Positions 35,889 to 47,800 of a stretch of 64,000 nt of DNA are shown piece after piece (the stretch's first letter is position 1; each line of letters begins with the position of its first letter). The stretch spans positions 10,480,001-10,544,000 of the forward strand of contig NC_087250.1 in NCBI RefSeq assembly GCF_037042905.1, in the 5' to 3' direction. The notes beneath the pieces are model-generated. The model saw nothing but the letters and a program-made list of their open reading frames with translations. It searched no databases and had not been told where the DNA came from. Both the position numbers and the translations under genes were made by a program. The DNA is from Lytechinus pictus (taxonomy: Eukaryota).

Positions 35889-38800
35889 CTATAGAAACAC
35901 AAAACAGAAAAGACAAATCGTGTCATAGATGTATCATAGTGATTCTGATTCTTGCCTTGTAATTAGTGCTGGCCGATATTTGATCTTAATGTTAGTCGAT
36001 TATCGCCAGCAAAATATTGCCGATAACACGATATATCGCTTAGTCTGAATTTCATAATACGTGTATATTATTCAGTTTCATTGTGAACTCTAGGATTTCA
36101 TGAGAGCAAGGAATGGAGAAAAAGAAAGTAAGGCTTCCATCAGTACTTGTCCATAAAGAGCGGGCATTTGGGTAACAACTTATGAAGTTCTGATTTGGTT
36201 TAAAGCAATATAGAGCAGTATTTTGTGGATGTGCCGTGGTGTAGCGGTTCTGACTCTCGCCTTGTAATCAGAGGGTCGTGTGTTCGAATCCCACCATGGC
36301 CTAGCGCCCTTTGGCAAGGCGTCAATCCACTCTTTGCCACTCTCACCCAGGTGCTAATTGGGTACCGGTAGGAAACAACCGTCATTGTGGTTGGTTTAGC
36401 AAGTTTGCGCCTAACAGGCTGCTTGGAATGCTATGAATCCAGTGACCGGGTAATAATAATTGTGAAGCGCTTTGAACAGTCGTAGATTGATAAAGCACTA
36501 TATAAATGCCAATTATTATTATTATTATTTTGGTTAATAAAAGTGATCAACTTTTCATCATAAAAAATATTTTGGTCAAATTGTGTTCATGCAATATAAG
36601 AACATAATCATAAGCATCCTTGCACAATCTCTGCAAGCCATTTGTGAGCCATGAGAAAACAGGATTCTCAGATTTTCAAGAAAACAAAATTCCCTGATTT
36701 TTCCCCGATGAAGTTTAAAAATTCCCCAATAATTATTAGAACCCCTTCCCAGTTGCGCATGTTTTCTAAGTTGTTGCACTGAATTACTTGTGTTTTCAGT
36801 ACAAAACCAATAATGTAAAACTATTAAGTACCACCATAACCAGTTATTCAATGGATGTTGTTATAATATGCAACAAAATATAACAGAGTCTGCCTGACTA
36901 CCATGCTTTTGACCTTTTGGCTGGTCAAAATTCCCTGATTTTTCCCTCATTTGAGGTATTAAAAAATAATCAAATTTCCTGATTTTCCCTAACTGGAAAA
37001 AAGTAAAATAATTTTACTTGATTTCCCTGATGGGCTGGGAACCCTGGAAAGCCAGGCTTTAGCCCAACTTGACAAACAGTTTCTGAGGTGCTGTATAAAA
37101 GTGGATTATTACCACAACAACTATTGGCTTACTCACTTGTACTTTTGTTCTCTCCTGTTTCCTCTGACCAACGCCCATCGCGTTGATGAGCTCGTCTTCG
37201 AGCCAAAGGTCCTCGTCGTCCGAGAAGTCGTAGAGGTGGATACCAACGTTATCTTGATCACCCGGTTCACCGAGCCTGTTGGGGTTGGGTTTCCCGGGCC
37301 TCCATTCGTCGATGATCTCCTCTTCCGTATCACTGCCATCATCACTGTAGAGACAGGAAAGAAGATATGGGTCGGTATTTTGTTATAACACACATCAGTG
37401 AGGGCGTTGGTAAAAATTAATCCCCATAAGCTACATGTACCTTCTGGACATGGACATACCATGAATGATACAGCGAATGGTATATCAACTGTTTCAAAAG
37501 TACCTCCAAGTACTATACAATGATGTCTTTGCTTCATTAAAAATACCCACTACTCATCACTGCAATCAGTACTGTAAGGACTGGAACAGAAGGGCTGGTA
37601 TTTCATTATAATACACAGCAGTGAGGGCGTTAGTGAAAATTATCCACACAGGGTTCATGTACCTTCTGAACAGGCTGAGTGTGTTTTAACTGTTTCAAAG
37701 GTACCAAGTACTGGGAAATTAAACTGATAAGAAGTCAACAAATCATTGTCATCATCACTGTAGCAATTGAATGATGGTGAAAAGAGAAGGGCTAGTATTT
37801 CATTATAATACACATCAGTGAGGGCGTTAGTGAAAATTATCCACACAGGGTTCATGTACCTTCGGAACAGGCTGAGTGTGTTTTAACTGTTTCAAAGGTA
37901 CCAAGTACTGAGAAATTATACTGATAAGAAGTCAACAAATCATCGTCATCATCACTGTAGCAATTGAATGATGGTGAAAAGAGAAGGGCTGGTATTTCAT
38001 TATAATACACAGCAGGGAGGGCGTTAGTGAAAATTATCCACACAGGGTTCATGTACCTTCGGAACAGGCTGAGTGTGTCTTAACTGTTTCAAAGGTACCA
38101 AGTACTGAGAAATTATACTGATAATTGGTCAACAAATCATCGTCATCATCACTGTAGCAATTGAATGATGGTGAAAAGAGAAGGGCTGGTATTTCATTAT
38201 AATACACATCAGTGAGGGCGTTAGTGAAAATTATCCACACAGGGTTCATGTACCTTCGGAACAGGCTGAGTGTGTCTTAACTGTTTCAAAGGTACTAAGT
38301 ACTGAGAAATTATACTGATAATTGGGTCAACAAATCATCGTCATCATCACTGTAGCAATTGAATGATGGTGAAAAGAGAAGGGCTGGTATTTCATTATAA
38401 TACACATCAGTGAGGGCGTTAGTGAAAATTATCCACACAGGGTTCATGTACCTTCGGAACAGGCTGAGTGTGTCTTAACTGTTTCAAAGGTACCAAGTAC
38501 TGGGAAATTAAACTGATAAGAAGTCATCAAATCATTTTCATCACTGTATCAATTGAATGATGGTGAAAAGAGAAGGGCTGGTATTTCATTTTAACACACA
38601 TCAGTAAGGGCGTAAGTAAAATTATCAACACAAGCTACCTTCAAGACATTTCTAACCCAACCAAGATATAACTGACAGTATTTGGAGTGTTTCAAAGGTA
38701 CCCAGTCTAAGTATTTATACTAATGCTCGATCAACAGTCTCCTCTTCTGTATCAGATTCGAGTCTATTAATAATAGAAAAAATGGGGAAGGCTGATATAT

Positions 38801-41800
38801 CATAGAACACATCAGTAAGTGCACTATTAAGTTTTCCCACTAATTTCTGATCCATCTAAGATATGACTGAAAGTATTTGAACTGTTTCAAATGTACGTAA
38901 TGTAGCCTGGTCATGTTAATGGTTCATTAAAAATATCCTCTTATCATTGTATTGACAGTAAGATGCACGTAAAGGAAACAAGAAGGGCTGAAGAAAGAAA
39001 GAAAGAAAGACAGGAAGAGACAGAGAGAGAAAGATAGAATGAAAAATATGAATCTCACCTATCTGCTTGGTAATCTCTAGGAAACATTATACCGCACCCC
39101 ATGATGTCTCCTTTGTGGCATTTAGGTCCAAAAGGGTTTCCTACTCCGTGGCCGGTGAAGATCTTACCATCGTCTAAGGAAACAAGAGTAAAAAGTCACT
39201 TTACAAGGGTATCGATTCTGACCCAGTCCCACATATACATATTCATGTCAGTAGTCTTTAAATGTAGTTAGATGATTACCTAAAACAGCACTGCAGACAT
39301 ATGAAAAGAAAGAAAGCAAGAGAGGAAGGAAGAGAGGAACGGAAGAACGATGGCCTGTGAAGATTTAACTATCATCTAATGACAAGATTAAGGAAAGAGC
39401 ATGTAAAGAGACCCTTCAAAAGGGTTTAAATTTTTACCCAGTCTCACATATTGATGTCAGTAGTCTGAAAATATCCATTCACTCAAGCATGAGATGTGTT
39501 CACTGGACCAAAATTTTAAGAAAACGTCCATTTTGATGAAAAGTGTTTAGGGTTAGGGTTAGAGGATCTGCATTCGCAAAGGTCCAGTAAATTGGCGACA
39601 ATAAACTACATCAAAGACACAATATGCATGCACATGAAGCTCACATCAAAGTTAGATCGTAACCAACATAGTGTACATGTGCATGCTTTGCAACATGCAT
39701 GATACCTTATGGCGTGCTTCGTTTGTAGGGACAGTGATTTTCCGTTTTACCGGTAAATAAAACGGAAATTCCGTTTGGTTCTTACACTTTCATGTAAAAA
39801 TTCATGGAATTCACCTTTGCAAAACGGAATTCAGGTTTTCGCTGTGTACATTTTCAGTGACAAAACGGAATTTCCATTTTTACATCAAGTTGAAACGGAA
39901 TTACAGATTTTCAGAAATGGAAAAGATCATTTTTTGAAACGAAAATCACTGTCTCTACGTTTGACCCACGTAGACCAATCGAAAATAACATGTTCGGACA
40001 GGTTTGTGCAATATACTATAGCCTTATTTCCCTTATTTTTTTCTCTCCCTCTGGAGCTTTTCACGGCCCACCCGTTGATAAGTGCTGATTTAGAGAGTAC
40101 CTTCCCTGGCGACTTCTTGCTGGTTCTGGTGTGGCTGGTCATGTAAAAAAACTTTTATTTCGAGTTAGACCTTACCTGCATGGTAAGCGATTGACCCTCG
40201 ATCCCAACCAGGATGCATATTGGTGGGGTAGTCCTTCCGGGTCACGCCGAGGGCGACATAGCAACTCCTTCCCGGGTCAATGATCTCCAGCTCGAAGTAG
40301 TGGTTTGCCGGGCCGAGCCGTTTCCGGCCCTGAGCCATCCCAAACTCTGAGAAGTCCTCCCCCTTTCCTGTGTACGTCACGATCTGTAGCCAATAAAAAA
40401 GGAAAAACCAAACAATCATGGTGGTAACCAATAATACAGGAACCACCTGTTTTCTCTTGAATAGCACTTCCTATTGAAATATGTTTTCCATCCACTTATG
40501 TTGTAAAATAGCCTTAAAAACAAACATTCTTAAGCATGTCGACATGCACCCATCAGAGTAAAATTGCATGAATGAACAGAACGCTAGAACGAAAAAGAGA
40601 ACCGAAAGAGGCAATGGACGCTATTTTATGATTTTGCAGTACCAAACATTTATTTATCCATTTACATGTATGTATTAATTGCTAGAATCTGTTTATTTAT
40701 TTATTTATTTTTTCTCTTAAATTACTTTTAGCAACAAATTAAAAAGACAAGTGTGCTATATAAATATCATGTATGTAAGTATGTATTATTATTATCAGAA
40801 CAGGATTATGTCCATGAAGACTAACTGCTTATCAAGACCACACTTCTCATCTACGTCGGGCAATCTTTATAAACAAGTTACATTAATACAACCTTGATCA
40901 CAATACCATATAATTCACCCAAAGTCAGTCTACACTCCAAGGTCTACTTAAAAAAATCCTTACTGATTGTTTTTTTTTTTGTATAACAACCAGTTTGTCT
41001 TCTTGCTATTTGATTAATTGAATGACCTTTGACCTTAACCACAAATGATCTTTGACCCTGACCAGATCATTTAAACACGATGGTTTAAATTAAACTCTGG
41101 TTTAAAGTTGTGGTTTACCTATGGATAGCCAATAGTGGCATAAATCTCTAACAGTAGAATTTCAATAAATCAGCTCATTTTTCTCTAAAATCATTCTTAA
41201 CTTTTTCGCAAGAATAAATAAGATAGCTTTCTTCACCATTCACCAGTTAAGAAAGAGCACAGTAAACGTAAGAAATATACAAAGTAAGGAAAATTTTGAC
41301 ATTTTTGGCTCTCCATAATTTTAGCACAGAGTTAGACCATGGTTTAAGTTAAACCTGACTTTAGAATAAGGGCCAATTACTTTAGACCTTTATCAGAGTA
41401 TAACACTAAATGATCTGTAAAACATACCTGTATATTGTCACATTGGTGGCCTTCTACAAAATCTGTTCTTTGATGACATCACACTATGCCCCAAATGACC
41501 CTTGATCTTAACCAGATCCTTTAAACCTCAGATGACCTTTGACCCTTACCTGTCCATTAACCGATGCATGGTTGACCCTTCTCCACATCTGTTCTTCCAT
41601 GACATCATCTATCAGCATATCCTCCTCCTGGTATGACCATCTACTGAGGCCGAGGTACTTGACGTGTTGCTCTCGGCCTCCCAGACTGAATGCTGGGTAA
41701 AATGGCTTCAAGGGGTCAAGGGTTATCTCCTCTTGTAGGATCTTAACCAAAAACAAGAAAATATCAGCATACATCATAATTAAAATTATATGAATTTTTG

Positions 41801-44800
41801 GGCAATTATTTAATCTATATCCTTTATATGCAGTAATATAGGATAGCTAAATAAAAATATTTTTCTTATAGGAGGGGGATGAACTGATATATCCGAGACG
41901 CAATTAAATCACTAAATATCTGTTGTCTATAAGGTCAGCCACTATGACTGATCAACCTAGACATAAAACGTTTCCTTGGTAATTGGTTATATACCAGCTT
42001 GACTTTTACCAGCAAAATGCTGTCCTTCCGAGTTCCTACGGGAGTTACCATAAACAAAAACAGAAACTTTCATTATTTTGAGAAAATTGCATTTCAATTT
42101 TTTTTTATATTACATGGCATGTGGAGGAGCTGCTCGTCTTCGACGTCACAAAATGAAAACTTTAAAATTTTACGACTCTATAAAATTCCTTGATGGATTT
42201 TCATCAAACCTTTGCCAATATTTTTCTAGTCTTTTCTGCTTTTAATCAAACCAACTTATGGTCAGAGTGAACATTCCCTTTAATTGAATTGAATCAAGCT
42301 TTCTCGTGCCACGTCGTAGCGCCCTCTTACCCTTTTCCCATTGACCACAACAGAGAGTGGGCAGATGAACGTGCTAGCATCCTCCCCCGAGCATTCCGCT
42401 CGCTCGAAGTGAAGCGCAATTCCAACTTTGTCAAAGTTCTGGGCTGGTGTGCAGACTAGCGTATCTGGTCTGCCAAAGTACCTGTATGAACAAATAAAAA
42501 ATATTTAAAGGAAGGGCCCATATGAAAAGAGTCCTGGACATACATACCTACTTAATATGGCATTGCCCAATTAGCATTAGGCATATTGTTATATTGTTTT
42601 GTTGCGGTTTCAAATTTCGCGCGAAACGTGTCACACCACTGAGAGTGTTTCCATAGCAACAAGAGCGCTTTCAATTTCAATTTCAATTTCAATTCAATTT
42701 CAATTTCAATTTCAATTTCATTTATTTCACATCTCTCATAAAAACATTCAAATGACAAATACAATATAAAACATATTCATACAAATATACACAATAGAAA
42801 CAAAGAAAAAAAATACACGATAAATCAATTGTAAAAAAGTGGACAGATAGGGAGTGAATAACATTACTAACATAACATCACTTTACGTGAAGTGATTTAG
42901 AAAAATAAAATGTTATGTCAAGTCAACTGCCCTCATCCAAACCACCATAAAATGCGAAAAACAGTGTCATGAAGAATATACAGATGCAATGTCTTTGGGG
43001 GAAAAAATGCAAGATTTGGTGAAGAATTGCTCAAATTTGTATTCAATGAAAAAGCACTTTCGTATGCGATTTGACTGCAAAAAAAAAAATCATCCCATCT
43101 CTTTTATATACAGCGCAGCAGCGATATAAAAAGGGAAAACAAAATCGACTGACTGACCCAACTTTCTGACCTAGGGCTTATGAGGGCAGCAAAACAATAT
43201 TTTAGGTTTAAGGAATTGACCTAGAACTTCTGAGACAAATATCGGGGGCTAAACTTCACAACCTACAGGTGTACTACCAAGAAGCATAAACATAACATCA
43301 CAGTGAATGGGAATTTTCTGTTGCCCTTTTTAAAATTCCAGGGCTGTTTTGAGCATTTTTTTGGAGGCAAAATCGCCCCGATCACCCCAGTAAGTTTTTC
43401 CCTCAGACCCTGGAACCTACTCTTTTGCCATCGTAGACGCTATACCGTACGGACGTCTTTGTTGATAATCAGCTAGAACTTACCCTTTGCCATCGTAGAC
43501 GCTGTACCCTACGGAGGTCTTTGTCGATCCTAGATGAGCATCTGTAGGGTGTGTCTGCATTGCCAGACCAACACGGATATCCTCGCTCCCTACTCCTTGC
43601 CCTTTGATCTCCACCTACAAGGATTATTAAAAGAGGAAACAATAATAACTGGATTTATCAACATATACAGATGACAGTGTTGAGACACAAAACAAGTTAT
43701 GATTTATCACGTACATTGTAACATATTTTCAAGATAAAGCTATTAAAGATCTTGACGCAAGATTTCAATGTATTTCTATTGTTTTTTTCTTCTTCATATT
43801 TTTCCATTTTCACAATTTTTTTTGCTTCAGTTTTTTTCATTAATCAGTATTAATAACAAATCAGTCTTTAGACACTGAAGAGAAGGTAAATAAATCGCTT
43901 GTAAGAGCACTCTTAAAATTTGTTTTTCTCCATTCACTTTGTACACAAATCTCCCCATTGACATTGTGTGTAAATGCCCCATACGTAACATGTTGTCCCA
44001 TACGTAACAATTTTTAAATCAACTTTTAATGAAAAAGTCTCTCTTGGCTTGCTTCGCGAACGAAGATTTATAAAGGCAGTCCACGTCTACTGCAGGCACG
44101 CATGTGACTCACAAGGCCAATACGTGATAGACAGACACGGCCACAGCGGCCGCAGTCAAAAGTCACGTTTGGTGTGGCTGCTGAGGCTTCGCGATTCTTT
44201 CTGCGGCGACGTTTCTCCCTCAGGTGATCTTTTCGGGATTCCTCGAAAGAAGAGGCAGCCTGATGGACTATATGTCGCCAGCTAGCACGGTCAGCAGCCA
44301 GAGTAGACCACTGGCAATGATCGATATGGCATGTACCGAGGGACTTCTTCAGGATGTCCTTGAAGCGTTTCTTTGGAGCCCCTCTGTCACGATTGCCAGT
44401 AGAAAGTTCGCCGTACAGGGCTATCTTGGGCAGGCGATGGTCTTCCATTCTTGAGATGTGTCCTGCCCAACGGAGCTGAGTCTTCAGCAGCATGGCCTCG
44501 ATACTGGGGATCTCCGCCTGTTCAAGGACCTCAACATTTGTGACATAGTCGGTCCAGTGAATGTTGAGGATGATCCGGAGACAGCGCTGATGGAAACGCT
44601 CCAGGAGTCGCATGTGGTGGCGGTAAGTTACCCACGACTCAGAACCGTACAGTAGGGTGGTGAGGACAACAGCTCTGTATACGCTGATCTTGGTGCCCCT
44701 TTTCAGATGCTTATTTCTCCAGACCCGCTTGTACAGTCTGCCGAAGGCACTGTTAGCTTTGGCCAGTCTGTTGTCTACTTCCCTGTCAATCTTGGCGTCT

Positions 44801-47800
44801 GAAGTAATTGTACATCCCAGGTAGGTAAACTGGTGAACGCTCTTCAACACAGTCTCGCCAATAGTGATGTGAGGAAGGCGGTACTCTTCCCGGGGTGCAG
44901 GTTGATGGAGGACTTCCGTCTTCTTCAAGCTGACTTCGAGTCCGAAGAGTTGAGCAGCCTCCGCAAAGCAGGATGTCAAGCACTGCAGGGCTCTTTCGGT
45001 ATGGGCAACGAGGGCAGCATCATCGGCAAAGAGAAGGTCTCTAAATATTTGCTCACAAGTTTTTGTGTGGGCCTGCAGTCTCCTGAGATTGAATAGACTG
45101 CCATCGAGGCGGTAGCGGATGTAGACAGCCTCGTCTTCATCAAGACCTTCCATGGCCTGCTTGAGCATTACGCTGAAGAAGATACTGAACAGCGTCGGTG
45201 CGACACAACCCTGTTTCACACCGTTTGTGATTGGGAAAGATTCGGAGTGATGGCTGTTTAACCTAACTTGGCCACGCTGGTTTTCATGCAGCTGGATGAT
45301 CATACTGAGGAACCTTGGGGGACAGCCGAGGCGTTCCAAGATTAGCCAGAGGCCCTTTCTGCTCACCGTGTCAAATGCCTTGGTTAGGTCGACAAACGTT
45401 ATGTACAGTCCTTTATTTTGTTCCCGGCATTTCTCTTGGAGCTGACGGAGGACGAAGACCATGTCTGTGGTACCTCGGTTTGCTCTGAAGCCACACTGGG
45501 TTTCTGGGAAGTGGTCTTCTGCGATGACAGGTACTAGCCTATTCAAGAGCACTCGGGCAAAGATTTTTCCTGCGATGGACAGTAGAGTGTGATACCCCTG
45601 TAGTTTGAGCAGTCAGACCTTTCCCCCTTATTCTTGTATAAGGTAATGATGACTGCATCGCGGAGGTCTCCTGGTAGCTTGCCCTGTTCCCAACAACAGA
45701 CAAGGAGTTCATGGAGCTTGTTGTGTAACACTGGTCCTCCACATTTCCATATCTCAGGTGGAATTCCATCAACTCCTGCTGCTTTGCCACTCTTCATCTG
45801 CTCAATGGCTTTTGTAAGTTCTTGCAGAGAGGGCGGTACATCCAGTTCCTCCTTGACTGACAGCTGGGGGATGCGGAGGGTTGCTGAGTCCTGGACAACC
45901 CGGTCAGCTCCAAAGAGTGCCTGGAAGTGCTCAGACCATCGGGTAAGGATAGATGTCTTGTCTTTGAGGAGTGTCAGTCCATCCGCACTGCGTAATGGAC
46001 TCTGAGCCTGGTGTCTGGGGCCATAAACAGCCCTGATGGCTTCATAGAAGCTTCTGTAGTCACCAGCATCGGCGTACTGCTGTGTTCTTGCTGCAAGTTT
46101 GGTCCACCACTCATTTTGCATCACACGAAACTTACGCTGGAGGTTGTTGCAGATGTGACGGAAGGCAGCTTTCTTCACAGGACAGGACGGATGTGACAGG
46201 TGGGCCTGGTGGGCCGATCTCTTCTTTTCCAGCAGTTCCTGGATCTCTTTGTTGTTTTCGTCAAACCAATCTCTGCTCTTCTTTATGGAAAACCCGATAG
46301 TTTCCTCAGATGACTGCAGAATGGAAGCTTTAAGCGAGTTCCATAGTGTTTCAGGAGAAGGATCCTCTAGGCAGCTGTTGTTTTCAAGCTTGGCCTGTAT
46401 GCCTACCTGGAACTCAGCTTTCACTTCAGCTAACTGTAGCTTGTTGAGATCAAACTTTTTCCTGCGGGGGCCTCCCTTTCTTAGCTTAGGTTTGAAATGC
46501 ATCCTGAGTTTGCAGCGCACTAGGCGATGGTCAGTATGACATTCTGCGCTGGGCATCACTCTGGTGTGAAGGATGTCGTTTAGGTCACGTCCACGCACTA
46601 AGACATAGTCAATGAGGTGCCAGTGTTTAGAACGAGGATGCATCCATGTTGTCTTGAGACTGTCCTTTTGCTGGAAGACGGTGTTGGTAATGACAAGTTG
46701 TTGTTCCATGCAGAGCTCCAGCAGCAAGCGTCCGTTGTCGTTACACTTTCCAACACCATGCCTTCCGAGTACTCCTTTCCAGGCGACATCATCCTGTCCT
46801 ACTCTAGCATTAAAGTCGCCGAGAATTAACAGCTTGTCGTCTGCAGGGGTGCTTTTGAGAAGTCTGCGGAGTTCCGAGTAGAACATGTCTTTTTCTGCAG
46901 GATCGGCTTGAAGAGTCGGAGCATACACACTAAAAAGTGTTGCATGCTGCTTGTTCTTTAGAGGCAGGCGCATGGACATGATGCGGTCGGAATGACCAGT
47001 TGGTAGGTTTTCCAGCTTGGAGGCTATGGAAGATTTGAGCATGAAACCAACGCCAGCTAGACGTCTTTCCGTTGCAGGTTTCCCTAACCAGAAGAGGGTG
47101 TATCCAGCGCCCTGCTCATGTAGGCTGCCTTCTTCTGAGAAGCGGACTTCGCTTAGGGCAGCAATGTCAACATCAAGCCTTGATAGTTCATGCGCGATAA
47201 GAGCAGAGCGACGTTCCGGTCGGTTGCTGTCAGTTCGGTCAAGCATAGTTCTGATGTTCCAGCATGCTAGTTTCAGTGTTTGTACACCCTTACAGGTGGG
47301 TGTGTACCTTTTTTTCTTTGTTGTTGTTTGACCGCGTGAGAAGATGCCCGTTGACCGCGGCTAGCCAACTGGGTGATGAGAGACGAGCTTTGGTTAGGCC
47401 ACCTTTTCTAGGCCCCTCTCCGTGTGGAGCAAGCAGTGCTGTCCCTAGATAAGGCTGCTCGGTCGTTCAGGGTGCTGCCGAATGATGCCGTCGTCTCTGG
47501 GTCAACATCAGGCGACCAATATCCTGAACCGCCTGCATGCAGGATTGGAACTGCGGCTTCCAGTGACATCTTCCACCTGCCGATTTCGCCCCTTTCCCGT
47601 CGCTACAGGGCTTGGTAAGTTTGGTGGCGTTTTGGACATGGACATGTCCTTTATGCCTGCGCTATGGAGGTTTAAAGTGGAGTACAGTGTGCGCAGTCCT
47701 GGCCCCACCCTTTACACCCGGGGTTCATCTGCCATAGCCTAGCTAGGTGGGACGGTGACAGCGAGGTCCTCGAGTCGTAGGTTTTACATCAGACTTTCCT

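Noticed and set aside
37655..38249. Three near-identical 66-aa ORFs resembling a tandem gene family
   Set aside because: They are translations of the 197-bp intronic minisatellite and start at non-ATG codons.
39546..39563. TTAGGG telomeric repeat
   Set aside because: Only about 2.5 copies, which is not significant.
45543..45600. Programmed ribosomal frameshift between the two RTE ORFs
   Set aside because: The break falls inside a conserved motif and is explained by a 2-nt duplication; there is no slippery heptamer, and RTE EN-RT is normally one ORF.
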